A stretch of 64,000 nt of DNA, from contig CAYTJT010000001.1 in the NCBI GenBank assembly GCA_964438105.1, forward strand, positions 1,236 through 65,235, read 5' to 3'. The DNA is from an uncultured Rhodothermales bacterium (GTDB taxonomy: Bacteria; Bacteroidota; Rhodothermia; Rhodothermales; JANQRZ01). Position numbers and translations under genes: made by a program. The notes below the pieces were generated by a model. The model worked only from the letters and a program-made list of their open reading frames with translations, was not told the origin of the DNA and did no database searches. Shown in pieces: positions 1-9,367 of the stretch; position 1 is the stretch's first letter, and each line of letters begins with the position of its first letter.

Positions 1-392
1 CCCAGAAGAGCCACATCGTCATCTATCAAGGTGTTGAGCCTAGATCCTTCCTTGTCGACTACCGCCTCTACACGGGAGACAAACAGGTTGCAAACTTGCT
101 CGTCAGCCCTGCCTGCTCCGATGGCAAAGCCTAAGTATGCCAGCGCTGGAATACCGCTGTACGAGATGTCACGCGCTACGGCGTCTGGCTCAAACTGACG
201 CGGGATCGCACCAGCGTAAGGTGCTTGGCGTCCGAGAAGCCTGATTGCGAAGCCGCGGGAGTGCAGCCGGGCATCCTCGAACGTGCGGTCTACGACGGAG
301 CGAAGCAGCCTCCGCCGCTCGCCGACAAGATCGATGGGATGGCTTGATGATTCCGTGTCCTGCTGAGGAGGCTCGTCGGTTGCCTCGCTCAT
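1..392 (-). CDS. hypothetical protein, N-terminal part only (runs off window); translationally coupled to pAgo
   Basis: Own translation from ATG 392..390: MSEATDEPPQQDTESSSHPIDLVGERRRLLRSVVDRTFEDARLH... stays open to position 1. It is absent from the ORF track because it is open-ended. ATGA overlap with the pAgo stop (389-391). No family recognised. Confidence 0.5.
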   Translation of the reverse strand, partial: MSEATDEPPQQDTESSSHPIDLVGERRRLLRSVVDRTFEDARLHSRGFAIRLLGRQAPYAGAIPRQFEPDAVARDISYSGIPALAYLGFAIGAGRADEQVCNLFVSRVEAVVDKEGSRLNTLIDDDVALL

Positions 393-2776
393 AGGAACCA
401 CTTGCTGTTGCGCAGAGCGCCCATCGTGACTGTCGAGCTGTCCCACCCGGACACAGGCCTAAGCTGCGCGAGACGCTGCGCAATCCATCGCGAGTATAGA
501 ATGGTGACGGGTTCACTCGCCGGGAAGAAGCTGCGCCACGAGAGAAAGGAGAAGTGATAAACCTGCCGCACGAGGTAGGACAAGTCAGCCGCATCGGAGT
601 CGTTGTGGATCTCGATCAGCATAGGCTCGGGAGCGCCGTCGAGGTCGGTTTTTACCTCACGAGGCCCGACAAGTTGAAGCAGAGCACTACGGGGGCCGAG
701 CTGATAGCAGACGCCCCTCTCCGGTACTCCCTTCCCTTTCGTAAAACGGCCCCTACGCTCCGGCGGGTAGTAGGGCACGCCGTCCATTGAGGGGTCGAAG
801 AGGCGGTAGGCGTGGGCGGTCGATAGGTCGAGAAACGCGAACTCTACCTCGTACCTGTTTTCAAGCAGCTGGTCTACGACGCCTCGCACCGATTCGATTT
901 CGACCCTTTTCAGCGGCTTGTACACGTGGAAGATGAGGCGAACGCGGTCGCCGGGCTCCCACTCGTTTTCGACCTCAACGTAGCGAATCGTGTTGCGCAG
1001 GCTTTCGAGTAGCGCCGCGGCGTAGTCTTCGAACTCGACTTCACGCGTGACATCCCAGGCGAGATAGCGGCCGTCGCCCTGAAAGAACGTGGTGATCCCC
1101 ACGTAGCGCTTACGCGGTCCAAGTCGATGCTCGTCGAACGACTCGGTATACCCGATACCGATCACGACCTCACGGCTGCTCGGGTTGCGCGTGCTGATAA
1201 CCCAAGGCGTGCCGCCGATCTTGGCGTAGCAGGCCAGTCCGACGTTGTTCAGCACATATGGGGCCTGACTTACATGGGCGTCCACCTTCTCCGCCGTGAC
1301 TGCCTGAACAGGCACGCCCTTCATCATGAACTCCGACTTAACGACGAAGTACGGGTTGTCGTCTCCCTTCAAGCCTCCCTCCTTGTACTCAGCCCGAGTT
1401 TGCACGAGAGCTAGATCGGGGAGTCTGGTGAGCCTTCCGAGAGCGCGCTTGATCCCTCTGCGGTAAGATTCCGGGCTGGGGTCTGAGATTTCCTCGAACT
1501 CGTACTGGATGCGCCTCAAACGGTACTTGTCTACCAACCCTCCTTCGTAGGGATTGGCTTTGGTACCGCGCGAGCCTCGGCTGGCCTGCTTCCACTCCGC
1601 ATCCGGAAACCCGAACCTCAGTTCTTCCGCAAAACGCTCGACTTGTATTCGCTGACTCGCCTCGCATAGCACGAGGATGAGAGGTTCGTTGACCTCCTGG
1701 TGCATATACTGATACGGCCCAAATCGGCTGACCCCTGCATCGGGATATTGTCCTGTTTTACGTCCCTGAGGCCCGAACAGACACGTGGGTCGGGTAGTGG
1801 TGATGGACTGCGGAAATAGTTTGTCCTCTTGCGACATGAAGTCGCCGATTGTTGCAGTGGCTGCACCGAAGCCAAGTCGGACGTAGCCGCGAAGCCCTTT
1901 GAGTGTATTGGTGAGATGACTTCGCTGGCCGTCGGCAGTGACGTAGGACCTACGCGTCTGGTACAGTTGGTCGAGAATCGGTTTTGCGCTGCGCCCGTAG
2001 ATCGCCCGGACGACAGTTGCAAGGTTCTCCGACCGCGGTTCCAAGAGAACTGAGTGTGCGTCGACTCGCAACTCTGGTGCCTCTTGCTCTCGCAATCCTT
2101 TCTGGTCGGTCAGGATGAGTTCACCGCGCTCGATGCTGCGAACCCGGCCAAGCGTTTCGAACTCAGGAAGTAAGAAGTCGTCTCGTTCTTCGGAGCGCCT
2201 GCCGACAAACATTCCCCTGGGATCCACGCCGCTCTCTATTAGATCAGACACGGGAAGGTTTATGTAGTTGGCCGTTCGCAGGTCAATCAGGAAACCGAGA
2301 TAGGGCGTGGGGTCATTTCCTCTGGGATAGAGCAGCCGCGTATCGAGTCTGAACCGGACGAAGACGTCCAGGTCTTCCACCGGCTCGATGTCGCGCTGCT
2401 TTCTCTTAGCAACGCTTCGAATCGCATTTGCGAGAAGTCGATTGCGTCGAGCTGCGGACCAAAAGACGACGGGGTTGAGGTCTCTAAGTACGACGTATCT
2501 GTCCTTGATCTGCTCTACGATCTGCCGTTGGATGACCCGGCTCGCCAGCAACAGGTTCTCTTCGACAGGCTGAACCGAGACCGTACCCAGCGGCGCGGCA
2601 TCTCCGACGCCCACGTTGGCAATCTTTTGAATGCGCGCATCGAAACGAAAGACGTGCGTGTCTTTGTGCCTCTCGCGTAGAGTCTGGTAGGCCTCCTTTC
2701 CCTCGTCGGGGAGATATCCTATCTCGACGGTTTCGCGGTCAAACGAGACCGGAGCTGCATTGAGGAGAACGCTCAT
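389..2776 (-). CDS. prokaryotic Argonaute, long type with inactive PIWI (long-B-like)
   Basis: 795-aa ORF. MID-pocket-like strings NPYFVVK and GVPVQAV; PIWI entry NNVGLACYAKIGGTPWVI; C-terminal PVTILYSRWIAQ. DEDX positions are substituted: VVIGIGYT where IGxD is expected, LIFHVYKP where RDG is expected. GC is visibly lower than in neighbours. Confidence 0.8.
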   Translation of the reverse strand: MSVLLNAAPVSFDRETVEIGYLPDEGKEAYQTLRERHKDTHVFRFDARIQKIANVGVGDAAPLGTVSVQPVEENLLLASRVIQRQIVEQIKDRYVVLRDLNPVVFWSAARRNRLLANAIRSVAKRKQRDIEPVEDLDVFVRFRLDTRLLYPRGNDPTPYLGFLIDLRTANYINLPVSDLIESGVDPRGMFVGRRSEERDDFLLPEFETLGRVRSIERGELILTDQKGLREQEAPELRVDAHSVLLEPRSENLATVVRAIYGRSAKPILDQLYQTRRSYVTADGQRSHLTNTLKGLRGYVRLGFGAATATIGDFMSQEDKLFPQSITTTRPTCLFGPQGRKTGQYPDAGVSRFGPYQYMHQEVNEPLILVLCEASQRIQVERFAEELRFGFPDAEWKQASRGSRGTKANPYEGGLVDKYRLRRIQYEFEEISDPSPESYRRGIKRALGRLTRLPDLALVQTRAEYKEGGLKGDDNPYFVVKSEFMMKGVPVQAVTAEKVDAHVSQAPYVLNNVGLACYAKIGGTPWVISTRNPSSREVVIGIGYTESFDEHRLGPRKRYVGITTFFQGDGRYLAWDVTREVEFEDYAAALLESLRNTIRYVEVENEWEPGDRVRLIFHVYKPLKRVEIESVRGVVDQLLENRYEVEFAFLDLSTAHAYRLFDPSMDGVPYYPPERRGRFTKGKGVPERGVCYQLGPRSALLQLVGPREVKTDLDGAPEPMLIEIHNDSDAADLSYLVRQVYHFSFLSWRSFFPASEPVTILYSRWIAQRLAQLRPVSGWDSSTVTMGALRNSKWFL

Positions 2777-2847
2777 GGGTGAATGGTCTATAATCGATAA
2801 TTACGCATAAACTTTGAGTGACAAGCTATGGATCACCCACAGTTTGA

Positions 2848-5800
2848 CTAAGCTGCGTAGTTGCCTGCGCTATGGCGGAGCAGGCCGAGGCTGGTGAGCG
2901 TGTCGAGGATGGGGGCCACGGTTTTGGGGCCAGCGCCGCGGAAGCGAGAGGCGATGTCGGCGGCAGTGCCGGTGCTCAGCGCGCTGACGGTCTGGCGGAC
3001 GGCTACGAACTGGTCGGCCTGACCGGTGGGCCAGGGGCGCAGCGTGGCGGCTTCGTAGACCGGATACTCCTCGGGGGGCAGCACGAAGCCGACTTGGGCG
3101 GCACCGGGAGACTGGAAGGCGGGGCGTAGGTAGCGAACGTGACCCTCGGACTCCTCGCGGGCGCGCTGGGCGTTGAGGGCGACGAGGCGAGCAAGCAGCT
3201 TCTGCGCGAAGGCGGGCGTCTCAGGGTCGAGGTCTGACCAGGCGTAGGCGTCTAGGACAGCGGCGTCGAGGCGGCGGTGAAGGTCGGCGAGGGTGTGGCC
3301 GTGGCCCTGGGTGGCGTGTTTCTGTTCGCGCTCGGTGAGGACGCGGCCTGCTCGGATGGCGCTGGCGGCGTTGTAGAGGTCGGTGAGGCCGAGTCTAGGC
3401 TGTTCGTGCTGGCGGGCTTTTCGGTGGGCGTCGATGGCGTCGCCGAGGGTGCGGATGGCGGTCTGCTGCTCTGGGGTGGCGGCGGGGAACGGGAAGGGCT
3501 GGAAGCAGCGGGTGGTGTTGTAGACCGAGTCGTTTCCGACGCCGAGGTTGCCGCCTGCGGCGTCGGCCCACGTGGTGTGGATGCGGCTCGACAGCACGCC
3601 GAGGTGGTAGGCGTCGTCCGATCCAAACGCGATGATCTTGTGCTCGGGCAGCACGCTGATCGGCAGAAACTGGAAGAGGCGGTGTTTGGCCGTTTCGGGC
3701 GTGGCGATGTAGCGGTCGAGACCAGCAAGCGCACGCCGCATCGACGGACGCTTCTCGCCATGCAGCCACCAGTAGACTCGGTGGGCTTTGCGACGCTTCT
3801 TGGCTCGCTCGGGCTTCACGTCGCGAAGCAGGCGTTCGTAGACGGCCGGATGCTGCTCGCGTAGCTCATCCTCTTCCAGACCGAACGTGTCGAGGATGAA
3901 CCGCTCTCGGGGTGGGTTCGCTAGGTCCTTTCCGTTGAGCGTGGGACGGATGATCTCTTCGCTGCCCGCGTACGTGCCCAGTCCAAGAGTCTCGGCCTCT
4001 CCCCTGCTACCGACAATGAACGCTCGGCCCGACACCATCACGCCGAAGCTGGACAGATCGGCGTTGGCTGCTAGCTTCTCGGCGGCCGTCACGTCGGCTC
4101 CGGTCGTCAGGTCGGCGTGGATGCGGCCTTGCCTCTCATCCATTTCGACGACGGGTAGTCCCTCGTCCGACGGCATCTCGGCGGTGACGACGGAGAGGGC
4201 GCCTGCGTCGGGGTCGAAGTGGTCGGACGAGGCGCCGACGGTGACGGCCATGCGCACGTCGGCGCCGTCGTCGGCCCACGGGTGATCGGCGAGAGCGTAG
4301 GCGAGGGCGAGGGGTGGTAGGCCCCCCTCCGGCCCTTGCGGGCCACCTCCCCCCGTGGGGGGAGGACGGTCGTGTTGGAAATGTGGGGGGGAGGACGTGG
4401 TTTTGGCGTCCTCGGGGTCGAGGTGGGCGGCGGTGATGCGGCGGTTGAAGGTCTGGGTGATGCTGTTGGTGGTGATCAGGCCGAAGCGCTGGGCTTTGCC
4501 CTCGCGCACGAGGCGGGCGCATCGGTCCCACCAGTACATCACGAAGTCGGCCGAGGCGGGCACGTGCGGGTAGGCTTGGGCGAGCGCGTCGAGGCCGTCC
4601 TGGCCGAGCGAGGCGCGCATGGGTTCGCCCTTACCGACGAAGGGCGGGTTGCCGACGATGAAGTCGCAGTCGGGCCACTCGGCGGCGGAGCCGTCGGGCG
4701 CGAGCAGGGCGTCGCGGTGCTCGACCTGGCCGTAGCCTTTGAGGATCGGTTCGGGAAGCGGCTGGGTGTCGCCGTGCGTGCGCCAGTGCCATTGCAGGTA
4801 GCCGATCCAGAGCACGAGGTCGGCCACGCTGGCGGCGCGGGCGCCCTTTTCGATGCCGAGCATCTGGTGGGGCGTGACGGCGACGCCTTCGAGTTCGAGC
4901 GCCCCCACGCCTCCGGCGCGTCCGATGGCCTGGCGCACCTCGCCTTCGAGCGCTTTCAGGCCCGCGAAGGTGACGTAGAGGAAGTTGCCGCTGCCGCAGG
5001 CGGGGTCGAGCACGCGGACGGTCGCCAGGCGCGTGAGAAAGCCCGAGAGAAGGGCGCGGGCCTCCTCCCTCCTCTTGGCCGCCGTGCGCGGCTTGCCCTG
5101 CTCGTCGGCGTGATCGGCGGCTTGCTCGGCCTGCTCGGCGGCGGCGCGCACGCCGTCCCACTGCTCGCGCAGCGGCTCGATGACGGCCGGTCCGATGACG
5201 CGCTCGACGTAGGCGCGCGGCGTGAAGTGGGCGCCCATGTGGCGCCGCTTGGCGGGATCGAGGGCGCGCTCGACGAGCGTGCCGAAGATGGCCGGTTCGA
5301 CGTGCTGCCAGTCCATTGCGGCGGCCTGGATGAGCGCTTCGAGCTGACTCGCGGTGAGGTCCGGCGCGTAGCGGTCGCGGAAGAGCTGTCCGTTGAAGCG
5401 GCGCACGTCCTCGCGGATCTCGCCGACGTAGCCGCCCTCGTCCATGGCGCGGAAGAAGCCGGAGAGGCCGTGGGGCAGGTGGGTGAGGTCGGCGCGGTAG
5501 GACTCGAGCAGTCGGGAGAAGGCGCGGTCCGGGAGCAGTCCGGCGTCTTCGGCGAAGAAGCAGAACAGGCAGCGCGTGAGAAAGGCGGCGGTCTGTTCTG
5601 ACCGCTCGGCGGCGGTGGCGCCAGAGTCGGCACTGAGCGAGCCGTCAGAGAGGGGGCTGTCGTCGAGCGAGCGGGCGAGACCCGCGAGGCGGGCGGCGAG
5701 GTCCCGGGTGACGCGGGCCTGGTAGCGGGTGGGGTCGAGTGCGAGCGGGTCGTCGACGGCGAGGCGCAGGCGCTCGCGCACGTCCTCGTCGCGCAGGTCG

Positions 5801-6330
5801 TCGAGGTAGACGCGCCTCTTGGAGGCGTCGGGGAAGGGGGCGTAAACGCGGCCCGATCCGCCGAAGTCGGCGTAAAGGTCGATGCAGTAGCCGACGTCGG
5901 CGACGATGACGAGCGGCGGGACGGGTTCGCTGGGTTCGAGGTTTTGGGCGTAGCGGACGGCCTGGGCGCGGGCGGCGTCCATCGCGGATTCCCAGGCGGA
6001 CGAGCCGCGCTTGCCATGCCCTTTGCGGCGGCGGGTGCCTTTGGCCTTCTGCTCCTCGTCGAAACCCTGCTTGGTTTCGAGCACAAAGTGGCCGCGTCGG
6101 TAGAGGTCGATGATGCCTCGGGAGCCGTCGGCGAAGGCGACGGGGCGCTCGAAGACATAGGCGTCGCGCGTGGTGTCGGCGACAGCCGGGTCGGGGGGCG
6201 TGGCGCCGATCAGCTCGAAGAGCGCGAGGACGAACGGTTGGCCGTTGCTCTTCTCGGACGCTTGGGCCTTCTGCCACAGCGCGATAAAGTCGTCGATCTG
6301 ATCTGTGGTAGGCGCAGCTGACATGGGCAA
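2848..6330 (-). CDS. MmeI-like Type IIL restriction-modification enzyme (PD-ExK nuclease + N6-adenine methyltransferase + TRD)
   Basis: 1160-aa ORF. N-terminal IIDLYRRGHFVLETKQG (D..E.K nuclease-like). SAM motif I VLDPACGSGNFLY. Motif IV IVGNPPFVGK. Long C-terminal TRD-like region. Confidence 0.85.
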   Translation of the reverse strand: MPMSAAPTTDQIDDFIALWQKAQASEKSNGQPFVLALFELIGATPPDPAVADTTRDAYVFERPVAFADGSRGIIDLYRRGHFVLETKQGFDEEQKAKGTRRRKGHGKRGSSAWESAMDAARAQAVRYAQNLEPSEPVPPLVIVADVGYCIDLYADFGGSGRVYAPFPDASKRRVYLDDLRDEDVRERLRLAVDDPLALDPTRYQARVTRDLAARLAGLARSLDDSPLSDGSLSADSGATAAERSEQTAAFLTRCLFCFFAEDAGLLPDRAFSRLLESYRADLTHLPHGLSGFFRAMDEGGYVGEIREDVRRFNGQLFRDRYAPDLTASQLEALIQAAAMDWQHVEPAIFGTLVERALDPAKRRHMGAHFTPRAYVERVIGPAVIEPLREQWDGVRAAAEQAEQAADHADEQGKPRTAAKRREEARALLSGFLTRLATVRVLDPACGSGNFLYVTFAGLKALEGEVRQAIGRAGGVGALELEGVAVTPHQMLGIEKGARAASVADLVLWIGYLQWHWRTHGDTQPLPEPILKGYGQVEHRDALLAPDGSAAEWPDCDFIVGNPPFVGKGEPMRASLGQDGLDALAQAYPHVPASADFVMYWWDRCARLVREGKAQRFGLITTNSITQTFNRRITAAHLDPEDAKTTSSPPHFQHDRPPPTGGGGPQGPEGGLPPLALAYALADHPWADDGADVRMAVTVGASSDHFDPDAGALSVVTAEMPSDEGLPVVEMDERQGRIHADLTTGADVTAAEKLAANADLSSFGVMVSGRAFIVGSRGEAETLGLGTYAGSEEIIRPTLNGKDLANPPRERFILDTFGLEEDELREQHPAVYERLLRDVKPERAKKRRKAHRVYWWLHGEKRPSMRRALAGLDRYIATPETAKHRLFQFLPISVLPEHKIIAFGSDDAYHLGVLSSRIHTTWADAAGGNLGVGNDSVYNTTRCFQPFPFPAATPEQQTAIRTLGDAIDAHRKARQHEQPRLGLTDLYNAASAIRAGRVLTEREQKHATQGHGHTLADLHRRLDAAVLDAYAWSDLDPETPAFAQKLLARLVALNAQRAREESEGHVRYLRPAFQSPGAAQVGFVLPPEEYPVYEAATLRPWPTGQADQFVAVRQTVSALSTGTAADIASRFRGAGPKTVAPILDTLTSLGLLRHSAGNYAA
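4320..4400. repeat. GC-rich hairpin repeat copy 1, in frame inside the MmeI-like gene
   Basis: ggcccccctccggcccttgcgggccacctccccccgtggggggaggacgg is about 85% identical by eye to 26500-26549. Perfect 9-bp stem cctcccccc/ggggggagg at 4346-4365. Encodes the SSPP..GGGGPQGPEGG insert. Confidence 0.7.
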
Positions 6331-6386
6331 GGTAGAGCGAAAGCAGCCAAGCTAACGCACCATTCGTAACGAGAGGCGGCGACATT

Positions 6387-6408
6387 TGCACATGTTCTCT
6401 TATGTGTA
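6387..6408. promoter_or_regulatory. imperfect palindrome TGCACAT-N8-ATGTGTA in the divergent RM/umuD intergenic region (possible SOS/LexA-type operator)
   Basis: Read directly. 6 of 7 arm positions are complementary. It lies 31 nt upstream of the umuD start. The operator role is inference only. Confidence 0.3.
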
Positions 6409-6438
6409 TACTCGCGTCGCTCTCTCACCTCCTGTTCT

Positions 6439-6885
6439 ATGCTGCGCGTCTCTGGCGTCGTGCCCTTTCGGCGGGGTGCACCCTTACTCGTTCCGTTTTA
6501 CTCGCACCGGGTGCGTGGGGGCTTCCCCTCGCCAGCTGAGGAGCACGAACAGACGCGCGTCGACCTGAACGATCTGTTTTGTCCGAACCCGGGCGCGACG
6601 TACTTGCTGACGGTCGAGGGTACGAGCGTGACCGGCCTGGGCGTCAAGGAGGGCGATACGGTCGTGGTCGACGGCAGCATCGAGCCGCGAGACGGACACA
6701 TCGTCATCGCGCGGCTCGACGGCGAGCTGACGGTGAAGCGGCTACGCGTGAGCGGGCGAGGCGCGAACCGGGTGGTGCTGCTCGAGGCCGACGACACGCA
6801 CCCGAACATTCCGGTCGAGGGCGAGGTCGAGCTGAGGATTGTCGGCGTCGTGCGAGCTGCGATCACGAACGTGCTGCGCAAGTGA
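6439..6885 (+). CDS. umuD: UmuD-like S24 peptidase (translesion polymerase V accessory subunit)
   Basis: GFPSPAEEH, TVEGTSVTGLGVKEGD (Ser), GELTVKRL (Lys), beta-rich C-terminus. Stop overlaps the umuC GTG (GTGA). Confidence 0.85.
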   Translation: MLRVSGVVPFRRGAPLLVPFYSHRVRGGFPSPAEEHEQTRVDLNDLFCPNPGATYLLTVEGTSVTGLGVKEGDTVVVDGSIEPRDGHIVIARLDGELTVKRLRVSGRGANRVVLLEADDTHPNIPVEGEVELRIVGVVRAAITNVLRK

Positions 6886-8171
6886 GCAGCGCCGGTGCCC
6901 TACCTGCAAACCGCCTGGTGGCTCTGGTGGATTGCTCGGCGTTCTACTGCTCATGCGAGCGGGTTTTCCGGCCCGACCTGGACGGTCGGCCGGTCGTCGT
7001 GCTCTCGAACAACGACGGGTGCGTGATCGCCCGGACAAGCGAGGCCAAGGCGCTGGGCGTGGCGATGGGAACGCCCTACTTCAAGACCGAGCGCGAGCTG
7101 AGGGCGAAGGGCGTAGCGGTGTTTTCGAGCAACTACGCGCTCTACGCCGACATGTCGGCGCGCGTGGTGGCCGCGCTCGAATCGCTGACGGACGAAGTCG
7201 AGCGGTACAGCATCGACGAAGCATTCGTGCTGGTGCCCAGGGTGCGCGAGGCCGACCTGTGGGAGATCGCGCGGGAGACGCGGCGGCGCGTGGCCGCCTG
7301 GACGTCCATTCCGGTTCGGGTGAGCATCGCGCCGACCAAGACGCTGGCCAAGGTGGCGAGCGAGCTGGCGCGGTCGCGAGCCGATCAGACGTACGTGATG
7401 ACCGAGCCGAGCAAGGCGGAGCTGTCGGCGGTGGCCGTGGGCGACGTGTGGGGCATCGGCCCGGCCTACCGCCGGAAGCTCGAAGCGCGGGGCGTGATGA
7501 CGGCGTGGGACCTGGCGGCCGTCGATGCGAGCTGGGCGCGGCGGACTATGACGGTCGTCGGCGAACGGACGGTGCGTGAGCTGCGCGGGCAGGCGTGCAT
7601 CGGCATCGAGCGCGAGCCGCCATCGCCCCGTGGAATCTGCCGGAGCCGGTCGTTCGGGCGTCGGGTGACAACGCTGCGCGAGGTCGAGGAATCCGTCATG
7701 ACGCGGCTGGGCGAGGCCGCGGCGAAGCTGCGGCGGCACGGGCTGACGTGCGGGCACCTGAGCGTGTTCGTCTCGACGGGGCGTCACGCGGAGAAACGGT
7801 ACAGCCGGAGCGTGGGGGCCGGGCTGGGCGAGCAGACAAGCGACACGATGACGCTGGCGCGCGTGGCCGGTGGACTGCTGCGGGCGATCTGGCGGCCGGG
7901 CTTCGACTACAAAAAGGCGGGCGTAATGGTCACCGATCTGGCGAGCGCGTCGGCTCCGCAGGCGATGCTCTTCCAGGAACCGGACCCGAAGCGGGCGGCG
8001 CTCATGGCCGCCGTCGACGTGTGCAACGAGCGGTTCGGGCGCGGCGCGGTGCGGATGGCGTCGGCGGGGCTGGGGTCGGGCCAGGCGTGGCAGATGCAGC
8101 GGCGGTTTCTGTCGCCGGCGTACACGACGGATGCGCGCTCATTGCCAGTTGCAAAGGTCTTTGCACCTTGA
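6882..8171 (+). CDS. umuC: UmuC, Y-family DNA polymerase V catalytic subunit
   Basis: From GTG 6882: VSSAGALPANRLVALVDCSAFYCSCERVFRPDLDGRPVVVLSNNDGCVIARTSEAK... The track ORF 6579..8171 was trimmed to the start that overlaps the umuD stop. Confidence 0.9.
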   Translation: MSSAGALPANRLVALVDCSAFYCSCERVFRPDLDGRPVVVLSNNDGCVIARTSEAKALGVAMGTPYFKTERELRAKGVAVFSSNYALYADMSARVVAALESLTDEVERYSIDEAFVLVPRVREADLWEIARETRRRVAAWTSIPVRVSIAPTKTLAKVASELARSRADQTYVMTEPSKAELSAVAVGDVWGIGPAYRRKLEARGVMTAWDLAAVDASWARRTMTVVGERTVRELRGQACIGIEREPPSPRGICRSRSFGRRVTTLREVEESVMTRLGEAAAKLRRHGLTCGHLSVFVSTGRHAEKRYSRSVGAGLGEQTSDTMTLARVAGGLLRAIWRPGFDYKKAGVMVTDLASASAPQAMLFQEPDPKRAALMAAVDVCNERFGRGAVRMASAGLGSGQAWQMQRRFLSPAYTTDARSLPVAKVFAP

Positions 8172-8416
8172 ACGACAACAAACTCCTGCTCGTAGAGAGC
8201 TGTCGTTCGTCGTAGGCATTGGCCGGGTTGACCGAACCGTCAGCATCGAATGCACGCGCGCCAACCGGGTACGATGATCGACAAGTCCATGATGGATACT
8301 TTCTCGTGTACGAAGGCGGTTTTCGTGAAAACCGCTTCAAGGTTCTAACTACAGTTGACCCAACACCCTCAATCAATCTATGTTATGAATAACCAAACAC
8401 TTAACCCCTTTATCTG

Positions 8417-9280
8417 ATGATAAAATATTTCCTTCTCGTAGCGGTAGCTCTTTTCGGCTTTGCTGCTTGTGATTCGACTACTGAATCCCCTGCCGGCAAC
8501 GATGCTGAGATGCTGGTAGCACCTAGCGAGGTAGGCGTTTACCACAACGCTGGCTTAGACTTCGCACGGTCATACATCGAGTCAGAAACCAAGAGCCTTG
8601 GCAAGACCGGTCGCATGCTCACTGGCAACGTAAGCCGGGACTTGCTGACTATTGTTGAGGAGTCTTGCTTTCAGTTCGCTGAGTCGGTAGTTGCTGAACA
8701 AGCCACGTCCGCCCCCGGAACAGAAGAAGCAATGCGCAGCGCCTGTACTGCTGGTGCTACAGAATCGATGGGCAAAACCGGCAATCAGTACTCGGACAAC
8801 ATGTCAGCCGAGCAAGCGCGCTTCGTTGAACTTATATACGACGTTGTCGAAGATGCTGGTCGCCAGGGGCTAAGCGATATCGATTCTGAAATCAGCGACC
8901 TCCTTGCCGACGCGAAAAAATCACTCCCTTCCGATGAACTTTACTTGGTTGAATCCGCTGCGTCTGTCGCGGCGCACACGTATGTGTATTGGGGAGATGA
9001 GAGCAACGTGCGCGACTGGCTGAATGTAGTCAGCGACTTCAAGGCTCAGTATAGCTTCGTAACTGGCGTTCCTTCCAGTGAGATTGCTTTCGGCAAACAG
9101 AAGGCCCTTGATCTCGACGCAATTAGGAGAGATGACGTGAAAGGTGGTGTTGCGGGTGCATTTACCGGGATAACGATGAGCTTTGGTACCCTGGGCGCTA
9201 GCATCGCAATGGGCGCGCTTATTGGATCGGTCGGAGGTTCTACTGGAGAGCTAATTGCTCAAGGTTGGGATATGCTGTAA
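8417..9280 (+). CDS. lipoprotein with C-terminal glycine-zipper hydrophobic domain
   Basis: Signal peptide and lipobox LFGFAAC. C-terminal GGVAGAFTGITMSFGTLGASIAMGALIGSVGGSTG. GC is clearly lower than in the flanks. Confidence 0.7.
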   Translation: MIKYFLLVAVALFGFAACDSTTESPAGNDAEMLVAPSEVGVYHNAGLDFARSYIESETKSLGKTGRMLTGNVSRDLLTIVEESCFQFAESVVAEQATSAPGTEEAMRSACTAGATESMGKTGNQYSDNMSAEQARFVELIYDVVEDAGRQGLSDIDSEISDLLADAKKSLPSDELYLVESAASVAAHTYVYWGDESNVRDWLNVVSDFKAQYSFVTGVPSSEIAFGKQKALDLDAIRRDDVKGGVAGAFTGITMSFGTLGASIAMGALIGSVGGSTGELIAQGWDML

Positions 9281-9310
9281 CTCAGTCATGTTCGACCTCA
9301 ACAGTTAACA

Positions 9311-9351
9311 GCTCATACGGTCCGGCGAAACTATCGCCGGACCGTATGAGC
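9311..9351 (+). terminator. perfect 18-bp stem / 5-nt loop hairpin downstream of the lipoprotein gene
   Basis: gctcatacggtccggcga-aacta-tcgccggaccgtatgagc. No T-run follows, so a terminator role is probable but not certain. Confidence 0.55.
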
Positions 9352-9367
9352 ACATAATACCGATACC

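Noticed and set aside
190-594. 134-aa minus-strand ORF overlapping the pAgo 3' end
   Set aside because: It is in a different frame from both the pAgo and the coupled downstream gene, and its composition is Arg/Ser-rich. Judged spurious.
8312-8338. Hairpin gaaggcggtttt-cgtg-aaaaccgcttc as the umuC terminator
   Set aside because: The stem has one bulge, there is no T-run on either strand, and it lies 140 nt past the stop. It is too weak to call.
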